From Chlorokybus atmophyticus (taxonomy: Eukaryota; Plantae; Mesostigma and Chlorokybus algae), in NCBI GenBank assembly GCA_009103225.1, contig RHPI01003389.1:663162-727161 (forward strand): DNA of 64,000 bases, read 5' to 3'. This document shows positions 36,559 to 50,212 of this stretch, in pieces; the stretch's first letter is position 1, and each line of letters starts with the position of its first letter. The notes under the pieces are model-generated. The model did not search any database, was not told the origin of the DNA, and was given only the letters and a program-made list of their open reading frames with translations. The position numbers and the translations under genes were made by a program.

Positions 36559-38593
36559 CACACGGATTGACGTTCGGCGACCATGCATGGTCCTTCCACG
36601 GACCCCGCGGGCCATACATGGTCCGTCCCCGCGGACCACGAGTGTCTGGTCCGCGAGGGACGGACCGTCTATGGTCCTTTTTGGGCCCCAACACCTGGCG
36701 CGCAGTCGCGCACCACATATGGTCCGTGCCGCACCTTGTATGGTGCGGCACGGACCAGTACTCTACGCTGGTTCCTGGATGCGGACCAGGAGTAAGCCCG
36801 CGGCTCAGCGGCCCGGCAGCCGCGCACCGTACATGGTCCGTGCCGCACCATGTATCGGGCGGCATGGACCAGCAATGTTGCTGGTTGGCGGCCTTGCAGG
36901 GCGCGCTAGACGTGTACCATGACTGAAGTATTGTTATTGCATTGTGTGTATCATCATTTAATCAATGACAGGCCGCACCGACTGTCGCCGCTTACCATAA
37001 AGTGGACAGTCGCAAATGGTCGGCGGCTGTCAATGTATGTTGACAGCCGGCTGTCCATGTACATTTTAACTTGACAGCCGCCGACCAGTTGCGGCTGTCC
37101 ACTTGTGGCCTATATATGTATATATGGATATGTGTATATATATAGATATATGTGTATATATACACACATATATATATGTATATATATATGCGCATATATA
37201 CATATGTATACATACACATATGTGTGTGTGTGCATGTAGGTGTAGGCTTAAGGCATTTACGAGCAAAAATTGTCGACATATTGCACCGCAATTTGCAGCC
37301 TTGCAATTACTTCATACCTATAATTTTATGTACATACATTGTTGTAAGTATATTGATGCGCGTACACATGTGCATTTAGACCTGTTATATATATATGCAA
37401 AATTGCGTACGTTTAAAGTACTGTATAACAACATGAATATACAAAGTATTATAATTATTCATAATAAAATTAGCGTAAATACTAATGTTAAATTTACATC
37501 CATGCGTAGCGCGTGTTTATTATATTATATATATTTTGTTGGTCATCACATTATCATAATGTTCACAACCGTTAATATCATGCCATGAATACATATGTTG
37601 ATGCTGTTCGTATGTTGCATTAAGGGTAGTTTATAGTAAGTTTAATGTAACGGTTTATATGAAACGAAAGCAATGTCAGATGTTATGACTTATAGCCTTA
37701 CTTGTATAACCTCATTAATGGCCTATAAAAGCCTCATGCGACCACAGCATCATCGACAGCCCGATAAGGTACACTGGCTGCATTGACAGTCGCAATCTGG
37801 CTACTATCGCTAAGCATTGTCACAATGACAGCCCCTAACAAGTCTACAAATTGTACTGGCCTATTAACAACCGCCGAGTTCGCGGCTACCGGTATGTAGT
37901 TTACCACCGTCCATGTAACTGGTACAGCCTATGAATGCTACAGTTGCATGGGCTCAGCCTATGGGCCTATCAAAGTGACAATCTCGACTGTCCATCGGCA
38001 ATTACTGCCGCCGGCCAACAGTCGCCAAGCGGCGCATGCAACACTATATGACATAGGTTGCCATGCGACCCTACCGGTACGTGCACTTGTAGCTTAGTGG
38101 TTAGGGCGTCGTCTTTGATATGCTAAAGGTGCTGGGTGCGAATCCGGCCGATGCGTGTGTTCTTGACTAATCATTCCACTAACGTCGCGGAGTTGGCCGC
38201 GGCCTCGTGCGCCGCAGGTTGGGTGTGGCCGGTGCCGCCGGCAAAGATATCTCAACTTTTACTGCATTTGCACTCATATACACATTGGTCCATAATAAAA
38301 TACGGTCCATGGTCCGCTGGCCGGACCAGTTATGATTGAAGTATTGTAATAACATGATTTAATCCCTTGTCCGATGGCCGGACCATACCTGGTCCTGATG
38401 CAACAATAATCGGCCGGACCTTGAGTGGTCCGTACTAAGGAACAATGGTACCATTCACGTCATATTCGGACCATGAATGGTCCGACTGTCCATGAAAGCC
38501 GGACCATACATGGTCCGTCAATTTCACTTAGCAGGGGAAAATCCCGGTCCTGCGTCACGGACCATTCATGGTCCTTGAACGTCAATCCGTGTG
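36559..38593. mobile_element. 2,035-bp non-autonomous CMC/En-Spm-type element with CACAC termini, nested in the coding exon
   Basis: GAT|CACACGGATTGACGTTC ... GAACGTCAATCCGTGTG|GAT: 17-bp perfect TIR (~35 bp imperfect) and 3-bp TSD GAT. Dense GGACC..GGTCC subterminal repeats at 36575-36870 and 38290-38575. AT-rich core with (TA)n. Confidence 0.93.
37002..37102. repeat. 32-bp inverted repeat pair (hairpin) inside the nested element
   Basis: gtggacagtcgcaaatggtcggcggctgtcaa (37002-37033) versus ttgacagccgccgaccagttgcggctgtccac (37071-37102), two mismatches. Confidence 0.9.
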
Positions 38594-39736
38594 GATGAGG
38601 ATATGAGTGGTAAGCAGCAACGTGCTGGCGCTTCTTGGTTTGCGTTGCGGCGCTTCTTGCATAATCCTACCTTTTTACGCTGCAGAGCCAGTCCCGATGG
38701 AACTTGATGATGAGGATGCCAACGGGGAACGTCGCCAGCACCCAAGTTAGGGAACCACGACGGCTGCAGCAGCTGTGGACCTCGTGGACAGCGATGATGA
38801 CATCATGGTGCTGGACGGGCCGGGTGCTGAAGTTGAGGCGTCAACACTTGTGCCCCTGTTCATTTACCCTAGTGCAAATGCACGTGATGCGGTGCCAGTG
38901 TTTAAAGCGGACAGAAAGTTGCTGGACGGCAGACAGGAGCTCAACGACACTGTGCTCCACTTCTTTTGCAGGTATGAGCCTTGCGTTGTTGGTGTTGTGC
39001 AGCTGTGTCATGTATGTGTCGCTCACGCGCAGATATAAGGAAGAGGAGGTCGTGGGCAGAGCTGACGGCATTCACGTGAGGCTGTTCAACCCGCACTCTT
39101 ACATCAAGATTGTGCATTGCCATGAACAACATAATTGGCACAATGGCAATCACAGGATATATAGGTGGGAGAACGATCCGTTTTCCAAGAACTTGCTGGC
39201 AGCAATTGTCAACCCAGACAGTCGGTGAGAGTGAAGCCAAGTTCTCGCACTATAGTGCTGCTGTACTTGCTCGCATGGACTCACTTTGAAGTCTGCATGC
39301 CACAGGACTCACTGGAGTCTGCTGCTGGTGTGCAATCCTGGAGAGGAACTTGGAAGCAACACGCCGCCCTTGATCGTCCATCTCGACTCCCTTGGTCTAC
39401 ATCGCAACGTCGACGGACCAATGCGTGCTTATCTAAACTATATGTGGGGGCATGAAAGTGAGTGGCAACAGCGCTTCTCTCCCGCAAACGTCCCGCTACT
39501 TGATCCACAGGTAGGACATGTTGTTTTGGCCTGATGATGAGGTCACGCTCTCTCCTGGCACAATCCCTATGTAGATGCACATACGTTTGGTTCGCCCGCA
39601 TTGACATAGCGTGTTCGTGCAGGTCCCTCAGCAGAGGGATGGGGTTGCGTGCGGGCTGTTTGTCATGGTTTACCTTGACAAGTTTATAGATGGGATACAA
39701 GCTGGTCCAATCAAGCAAAACGCCCCAATATCTTAG
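38594..39736 (+). CDS. ULP1/SENP-type (C48) cysteine protease domain at the 3' end of the En/Spm TnpD gene
   Basis: Exons 38594-38609, 38686-38971, 39033-39224, 39306-39510, 39623-39736. LFIYP..AVPVFKAD..LND, catalytic His (THWSLL), Asp (HLDSL), Gln/Cys (PQQRDGVACG). One premature TAG at 38748-38750 in the linker. Confidence 0.9.
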
Positions 39737-42736
39737 TAGGTACAGCTCATGCATTGGAATGTATCCATATGGCAGCTGCCTTAATGCAAAGTCGTGTAGG
39801 TTGACATGTGTTGAGCAACCAGATGGTGTGGGTGTGTGCAACTCAGATGCAAAAGGATTGGTTTCGTCCAAAAGAGGCAGACAACTTAAGGAGACGACTG
39901 CGAACACTCATGGACAGCATTCCAGCACAGCAAACGTCACGGCGGATGTGAAGTAGCAGGCGGTTGGTACATAGCTAAACTGTGGTCAAGAGCACAGGTT
40001 CATTGGCCAGCTGTGTAATAGTAGCCCAAGCTAACTTTGTGCTTAATAGAATTTAGATTGCAAGCAATTAGCATGCTTGCCTTTTCAATGGCACTTGGCA
40101 CTTGGTGTAATTTCACAGCGGCAGTTTTGCCAAGTGGTGTTGAACATTCAATGGCACTTGGCAATTGGTGTATTTCATGCTATATATTCCCTGAATATGA
40201 CGGTGACTATGCAATGGTATTTAGGATTCAGGGTTTTCGCGGCAAGCCGTAGCCAGCACCACACACGCTGGGTAATTATTCTGCTGTTTGGGCACTGACA
40301 ATTCATTGTACCATATCGTTCATCAAGTACAACTTGACTGACCTTGAATATGCACGAAATACTCAGTTTAAAATTCAAAGCGTACGGGTTGAAACGAGGT
40401 TCAGTGGTATGTACGTTGAATATGAATGCGTCTTGCGGGTGAAGAACGCTGTTCCTTTTAGCAGGGATGGGACAGAAAGTACAATAACCATTGGATATTC
40501 ACGGACAAAAGGCGTGAAACGGATCAAGTCATTAATATTCAGACGAAATGGCGTGAATGATCAGGACTTGGGGGGTCCCAAAATTACCGGTGTTGCTGCC
40601 GCTTGCTGAGAGATCACTGACGCTGTACGCGGACATACAAGCACATCTTGGGCACGCATGCACACGCACAAGCTAGGTTGCATACCCTGCCTGGCTTGTG
40701 ACCCTGGATTACACCCCCGACTTACACCCCCACGCACACACTCACAAGTACGCACTCATGCTCACCCAGCTTGTTGCTCAACCTGATTAAACGCAACGAC
40801 GGCAACACATTATATACCCTTCAGGTGACTAGGAGCCCAACAAAGTGCGTATACGTGTCTGTGAGTGCCTGTGCGATCAAGCAGGTGTGTGCGCGGGTGC
40901 GTCTACATGTGCATGTGCATATGTGTGATGATATCATAAGATCTTGTGCAATAATATGCATGAGTGCGTTGATGTGTTCGTGCATGTTCAAGTCATGTGC
41001 ACTTCAGTTATTGTAACGATGTGAGGGTGTATGGGTGTGCATATCGTTCATGTGCGTGCATGTATCAGTCTGTTCGCCTAACCTTCAACTTCGCCAATAA
41101 AGTGTGCATGATGTCATCATAGCACGAGGAGGCTACCTTCTTGTAGTTTTTGTTGTTATGTGCACCAGTAAAGCGTGTTGCTTGTTGTAGCATAAGGGGG
41201 CTATCCATGCTGCTTATTTATAGACCATTAACATGTAGCAGCATACGTATGAAATTGCTTGTGAATAGCATATCAGATGACACATGTATGACACAGTGGT
41301 ATGTCGGTGTCTTGTTGACAAATCTTAACGAGTATAGCAACATGTATCAATTGTATGGTACTGCACATTTGCGCGCATGCTAGTACTGTTACGAAAGACA
41401 AACTTGCTTAGTGCAAGCATGTTGTTTAAGGAAACTTTATGTGATCGATTGCACTAATTAACATGTTATATGATCATTGCAAAAAAGTTATTCAAACGCA
41501 TAGCTTTATGCCAAGGTAAAGTGTTTAAATATTTTAAAAAACACACATGCTACATTACATATATTGCATAGACAATTCGACAAGTTAAATCGACAATTTA
41601 AATATAGCTGAATTATTAATGGCTTGAGTTGCAGTTTGAATAAGGCATTGGATGCCTTGTTAATTGTGGAATCGATGCATTATTTTTTGGGTCATTATAG
41701 CAAAAAGTTGAAATGAAAAACATATCGCAAGAACGAGTGTGGGTTGTTATATATGTGTCTCCACGGAATATATAAAACATGAGATAATTTGTAACGAATG
41801 TACACATAGGTTACATTGGTACTGATGTTTTAATTTTGTATTAAATTATCATTGATTGACATTGAAGTGTGATTGTATATCAGCCTCTTGGGTGTAACAT
41901 TGTACCTAGTAAACCGTTGGTTTGAGTTTTGAACACTAGGGTAAGTGTACCTAACTTCGGACGATTGCATAACTTCGGACAGTTAGCGCTATAGCCTTCT
42001 AGAGACGGTATTTTGTGTGCTATTGGCGGCCAAAAAGGGTGCCTGGTAGCTTATCGTGTAGGTATTAGCCTATCCTGTGCTCTCCTTAAATTTGAGTGTG
42101 ATTGGTTAAGTTTTGGCGCTAGCACACCTCTTTAGCTGTCCGAAAATTTCTGCGTCAGCATGGTTGGGTGACTTTGAACTTTCAAGGATAGTGTTTAACT
42201 TGACCAGTCAAAAGGCTTGATAGCTCCAGGGGTTGCCACTGTTGTGTAGTTAGTGCGCCCGAAATGGTTAGGTTACTGGAGACGTCATTAATAAGTTGTG
42301 GCGGGAAAAGTGCGAGTGCGGTGAAACCACTTGTGAGTGCATTGTGTTTGCGCTAGACTGTTTGTGCAGTATGTGTGTGTGTGTGAGGGCTGCTAGTGGG
42401 GGTGGCTGTTGGGTGGCGGCCTGGGCTGCTCTGTTGAGTAGCTGGTAGTGTAGATGTGTGAGGTGAGGTGCTGAGGTAGGTAGGAGCATACTCACATGGT
42501 GTGCACACGAGGGCCACAAGGCACACGAGGCACTGAAGATTGGGATGCTGGCACAGAGATAATATTGCAACCATGTATGCGTGCTCATATCTTACTGCTG
42601 CTCGTATCTTACGTGCTAAACCTAAACCTCACTATGGGTTCAGGGTTCTACACCTGCTGCAAGTGGCAAGCGTCCAAGCAGGACACCTTCAGCGCCTGGT
42701 CCTCTTGAACGTGCACGGGGGCGCAGCAAGCAGGCC

Positions 42737-45195
42737 ATGCGCAGTCTTGCTGGTCTCACGCACCGCAAGGGCATGCGCTACATCAACTACCATGGCCAAG
42801 GGTTGATGCTGAAGCTTGGGGTTGCTGTGGAAGATGTTAATATGGGCATGAGCTTAAGGATTGCTGCAGCAAAGCATGGAGTTCCTCGCTCTACCCTATT
42901 CGATTACGTTACCTTACCTAAGAAGCTGCAGCTGCCGCATGGTTGCGGTCGTAAACCAGTGCTTGCTTGCACGGAGGAGGAAGAGCTTGTAGCATGGTTG
43001 ACTTGGATGGCAGACCGTAGCGCTGCTGTAACACGCCCTGCCCTGTTACAAAAGGTTCCTCCGTTACTTGACTGCATGGTTGCTTGTATGCGCTAGTGTG
43101 AGATGTTGCAGTGCTGTGACTTACCTAGTGTTGCAGGTGGTTGAGATGCTGAAGGGGGATCCAGCACAGAGGATGAAGCGTTTTGGGCTGCGTGGCGTTC
43201 CGGGCTATAAGTGGCTGCGCCTCCTAATGAGCAGGCACAACCTGTCAAGTCGCGTAGTGGAGGGGCTGGATCGCAGGAGGTGGCAAGCTTGCACCCGGGA
43301 TAACGTTACCGCCTTCTTTGAGCTGTATGTGAAGACCCTTGATGAGCTTGGTATTAATGACCCTACGAGGATCTTTACTGCCAACAAAACTGGGTTCGAG
43401 CCAGACAACCTAGGTGAGACTGAGAGTTAGCAGTGTGAAAATTTGCATGCATGCAATGGCTGACTCACCGTGTGTCTTGCCAGGTACCGTGAAGGTGATA
43501 TGCAAGAAGGGGTACAAGAACCCCTACTACAATCAGTGTGGCAGCAGGGAGCACATGAGTGTGATGGCTTGCGTCAGTGCGGTGGGCTAGTGGATGCCTC
43601 CGTTCTACATCCTCAAGGGCTCTCGCTTCACAAAACTACATGGATGCAGCACCATATGGAAGCTATATGCGTATGCAGGAGAATGCATACATGACGGTAG
43701 AGCTCTTTGTGGACTGGTTTGTCAAGTTCATACCTGGTGGGGTGAGCGTAGACAACCCAGTGCTGCTGCTGCTTGATGGTCACTCATCTCGGATGAACCC
43801 GGAGCTATTGGAGAAGGCCCGCTGCATGGGAGTGCACATGCTCACCTTCCCTCCTCACATGACGCACCTGATGCAAGTGAGTGCACAAGATGGGTTCATG
43901 CAATGCGTGAGTGATTGCACAAGATCATGACACAGATGCCACTTCAGGTCCTGGATGTCAGCTGCTTCAGGGCTCTGAAACAACATTACCGCACTGAGTT
44001 TCTATCTTGGCGCATGGAAGACCCCAGCTGCCCCATCACCAAGCTCAAGTTCGTTGAGTTGACTGCAAAGCCATTCCTATTGGCTATGACGCCAGCCAAT
44101 ATTGTCAGCGGATTCACAAAGACAGGTTAGTTGAGTGAATCACACGCACATCACATGCATTGTGCATGCACAGTGCACAATGCATGCACAATGCAATATA
44201 CATAGGTTTACATATGCAGGTGTGTGGCCTGTAAACGTGCACGCACTAGACAGCAAAGTTCCAGAGATGCGCAAGCCAACAGCAGAGGATATCACACCTG
44301 ACTTGGCACATGCCCAAGCCCAGCACGAGTTTGGTGGACTTGCTCTGGATGGTGAGGGCGTACCTGTTAACCTTGAGGAGGAAGATTCAGACGCAACATA
44401 AGACGAGGACAGCACCAGTGATAAGGAGAATCATGAACCTCCTGCTCGAGGACCTGCTATCAGCAACGTCAATATCACCAACAACAACAGCATCAACATC
44501 AACAACAACAACCACGTTAACATCAACATCAATGGAGGGGCTGGCAACAACACTAACATTACATCAGGAGCGCAGCAGCAGGGGGATGGGCAAGGGTGGA
44601 GAAGCAAGCCAGCCAAAAACATTACACTCCCTGGTTCTGTGTGCCTTACATCAGAGGGTTATATCAAGGCCTTGCAAGCCAAAAAGGATGAGATTGAGGC
44701 CAAGAAGGCTGCAGTGGACGCACGCAAAAAGGCAGCAGCAATCTGGAAGCAGCTTGGCAGAAGGAGGTTGCTGCACTGCAGAGACAGGCTGCCAAGAGTC
44801 AGAGAGAGCTTGCTGCCTTGCAGAAGCAGCATGCAAAAGCAGATAAGGCTGCTGGCAGGCAACAAAAGCTGCTAACACAGCAAAAGCAGATTGCGCATGC
44901 TGGCCCAACTCAAATCCGCACCAATGCAGGTCACCTGCACGGTGCCAATCCTGTGATTGTTGACCTTGAGACACAAGGTGGGCAACCTCAGCGTTATGAC
45001 AACCCACTGCTGGGTCTCAGCCCCATGGCCAGCCCAATTGGCAGCCCACAACACACGCATGTCATGTCCATGTCTCCCACACCTTCAGAGATGAGAGATG
45101 CCAACCGAGTAGTGGATGCCAGCGTGGCAGCAGTGGCAGCATCAGCACGAAGCGTTCTCAACCTCAGGGCAGCTGCGCGTAGACACTATAGGTAG
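42737..45195 (+). pseudogene. pogo/Fot1-like DD35D transposase, spliced, degenerate
   Basis: SLRIAAAKHGVPRSTLFDY (psq-type HTH), EEEELVAWL, FTANKTG (first Asp lost), LLLDGHSS...FPPHMTHLMQ|VLDVSCF (35 residues between the Asps), IVSGFTKTG|VWPVN, CLTSEGYIKAL. TAG at 43588-43590. Confidence 0.9.
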
Positions 45196-45733
45196 TCGAG
45201 GGTTAGCATGTGTACATAGAGACTCCGCGCTCCACAGAATAGCACCTTGCCATATACCTGTGTCAGATGCACTGCATTGCATTGTTATGCAATGCACAAA
45301 CCACACGCAATCCACACCAAGTATAGCACAGTGTTAAACAGGCATATATACAATTGGATATGTGCACAGAGAATGCCCCCCCTCCCCCCCACTCCCTCCA
45401 CACACACACACACACACTGTCACACACACAGTGGCCCAGCTCACCCACCATGCCAAATGCGCGGCTGCCTCTCTGCTCCCTTGCAGGTTGGGCAGCACTG
45501 CGAGGCCATCTGCATGCAAACATGCAGCAGACTGAGTATCAGTCAACGAGGCAGAATGCAAGGAGTTCTAAGCGTGTAAGCCAGCATCCATGCACACAAC
45601 ACAATCAAGCACAACGTACACACACACACACGCACGCACGCACGCACGCACGCACACACAGGTAGCAGACTGAGTGTCAGGCAGCAAGACAGAATGCAAG
45701 GCATTGTAAGCGAGAAAGCAAACATGCATCAAC

Positions 45734-46305
<572 letters not shown>

Positions 46306-47256
46306 ATTACACATGCATGCATCAACTTGCTTTTGCAAAAGCACACTCACACACACGGGGCAACGCACCGTATGCACATAGGGGCGAGGCAAATAAGAGG
46401 GGGGAGCTTGAGGGCACGGCGGAGAAGAATTGGCAGAGGGGTGGGCACAGGGCCAACGGCGGCGCCTAACTTCGGACAGATGACTACAACAACCTAGCCG
46501 CCCCCAAGCGGCAAACCCTCACCAACTTAGGGTTTCAGTGGCGTGACGGGCTGTCACATATCAGCACACACCGTCAGCACAGCCTGTGGGCGAATAGACG
46601 CCATACGACCGCCACAACAGGCTGAAATGGCCGCTTTGCAGCCTGTCCGAAGTTAGGAAAACAGCCTTTTCAGTTGTTTCAACAAACCACTGACCTTGAA
46701 AGGCTAGAGTGCAGGCTGTACCTACCCATTTGACACATAGTCAAGCAGAGTGCATCCGTTGACAAACCACCTATCCAGCGAACTAACCCTAACCCCAAAC
46801 AGACATATGCTCTGTACGCTAACCCTATCCTTAATTAGGTGTCCGAAGTATGGTACACTTACCCTATAAGGCTATAGAAATGTAAAGAAACGCTGTGTTA
46901 GCTACAACGTACACTCTGCTGCTACTTCAACGCACGTGTGCGTACGCAATTGCTTGCACGAAAGAAAATACGTGACCTTCGCGAAGTTGCTGCCGTCGCC
47001 TACGAGCAAACCCGCTTCCGGATCGCCGGCGGTCAGGCCATCGCGACGTGAGCAGATGATAGCGGAATTTTTGTGACTTATACTGGAAATCGGACCTCGT
47101 GAGAGATTCATGATTCTGTCGCTATTGTACCCCGACCATCATAGGCGTCAGATACACCGTACACCCCCCAAAGACCGTATTTCAAGGCCCTCTCGGCCTG
47201 AGAGTCTCGGGCCCCCGACCCACTATTTCACTCGACCCCCCCCCCCCCCCCCCCCN

Positions 47257-47304
<48 letters not shown>

Positions 47305-47433
47305 GGGGGCGGGCTTTGTCTGACACCCCCCTTTTACGGGCAAAATACTACCCTAATACACCCCCCCTCATTGATTTTGCGGGGGGGCTTTGTTTGTAAG
47401 GGGGGGGGGGGGGTATTATTCGGGCAAATACGG

Positions 47434-47601
47434 TAGTGATCTATACCCTGTCCATTGTTATACACTGTACCTTAAGGTATGGTGGATAGGGTATAGTAAT
47501 CCATACCCTATCCATCACACTCTTAAGGTATATCAATCCATACCCTATCCATCACACTCTTAAGGTGCAGTGTATAACAATAAATATGGTATATATCACT
47601 A
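47434..47601. mobile_element. Small foldback/MITE-like element with nested inverted repeats and an internal 37-bp tandem pair
   Basis: tagtgatctatacc versus ggtatatatcacta. ttgttatacactgtaccttaag (47455-47476) versus cttaaggtgcagtgtataacaa (47559-47580). aatccataccctatccatcacactcttaaggt at 47498 and 47535. Confidence 0.65.
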
Positions 47602-48274
47602 TACCTTAAAGGTATAGTCATGGGTATGGTGTGAATCAATCCGCACATCATTCACAGTCATGCAATGCAAGCATTATGCACAAGCCACAATACATGCACA
47701 TCATGCCGCGCAAACATAACTTGTGTGCCAACACACAAACACACCTACACCACGAACATTCATAGCAACCATCACATTGCAATAATAAACGCATCATCTA
47801 TTACACTTACCACACAACTCACCGGGGGGCTGACTGATACTACAGTAATGTTGGAGCAGCAATATTATCAATGCATCGAGTTTGAAACAATTTGAGGCAC
47901 GCATTTGCAAAAAGTTAATACTTTGCGCAATTAGCAAATGATTTTATGCAACCCTGAGCCGCGCGCCTCTCACCAAATTCTGAACGTGACCAGCAACACC
48001 ATAAGCCTCACCTAACGCTTGTGGGGTGGGGGCATATGCCTCAAGTTATTGAAGGGTGTCATGCTTACTAAGTGTAGTATAGGAGTGTGTTACATGCATT
48101 GTCAGTGACTGTTTGCTTGTACTTCGCAATGGCTACAAACTTTCGCCACAATTTCCACACACTCCAAACAACACATGCTGCTTGGTGAAGTCATGTTTGC
48201 TGGGACATCTAGAAATGGGCATGCAAAACATACACACTGCCTCATGAAAGCAACAGTTGTGTTCCGCCTGATGT

Positions 48275-49845
<1,571 letters not shown>

Positions 49846-50212
49846 TGTTGTTGATTTGCCGTGCGGGTCAGAATAGAACCCTAGTTCTGGCCTGGCCTAG
49901 TTCTAGCATGGCCCGGCATGGCCTGGTTGCCACCTGACTAAACGCGCAGCGGAAAATGCCACACGCTCGCTTGATTTGTGCTGCTGGTCACTGCCCGCAA
50001 GTTGTTGGCGATGTTGGGCGGCGACGGTGTGGCTGTCGGCGCCTGTAGTGTAGTGTAGTGTGGATACAGTGACAGCCAGGGCGGCGAGAGAGGCGAGCTC
50101 GCAAGCAGGCATGTGATAATTAGATTAGTGAAGTGAAGCACGCGCTGGTGGCGAGTCAGCTGCAAGCCGCAAATCTGCCTGTGCTTGCGTTCAGCTTAAA
50201 CGCAAAGACACA
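49846..50212. promoter_or_regulatory. Putative bidirectional promoter between NAT9 and COG7
   Basis: Only 367 bp between the divergent ATGs. GC/CpG-rich, with AACCCTAG at 49877. Confidence 0.6.

Larger units (their letters stand above)
26389..40592. mobile_element. 14,204-bp En/Spm (CACTA/CMC superfamily) transposon with CACCG termini
   Basis: TTG|CACCGGTAATTTT ... AAAATTACCGGTG|TTG: 13-bp perfect TIR extending imperfectly to ~60 bp, 3-bp TSD TTG (26386-26388, 40593-40595). Subterminal TTCA-N12-TGAA and TGAATATTCA motifs. Internal Transposase_21-type gene. Confidence 0.92.

Noticed and set aside
36575-36900. GGACC repeat cluster as a CRISPR-like array or as coding ORFs (36308-36926)
   Set aside because: Short, irregularly spaced repeats in both orientations, mirrored at the other end of a TIR-bounded element. 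These are subterminal transposon repeats in eukaryotic DNA.
40334-40609. Clean-looking 91-aa plus-strand ORF as extra cargo gene
   Set aside because: It has no ATG start, runs through the subterminal repeats and right TIR of the En/Spm element and ends in flanking DNA, so it is most likely a chance ORF.
41934-41938. CACTA pentamer as an En/Spm terminus
   Set aside because: Its TA is the pogo target duplication, no matching TAGTG partner with a TSD was found, and the En/Spm element already ends at 40592.
47236-47290. Poly-C/poly-G inverted tract as a G-quadruplex or hairpin
   Set aside because: Centred on an N, so probably a sequencing or assembly artefact.
47174-47434. Intact MITE bounded by accgtattt / aaatacggt
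   Set aside because: Only a 9-bp match, the left flank is GA rather than TA, and the interior is poly-C/N/poly-G typical of an assembly join.
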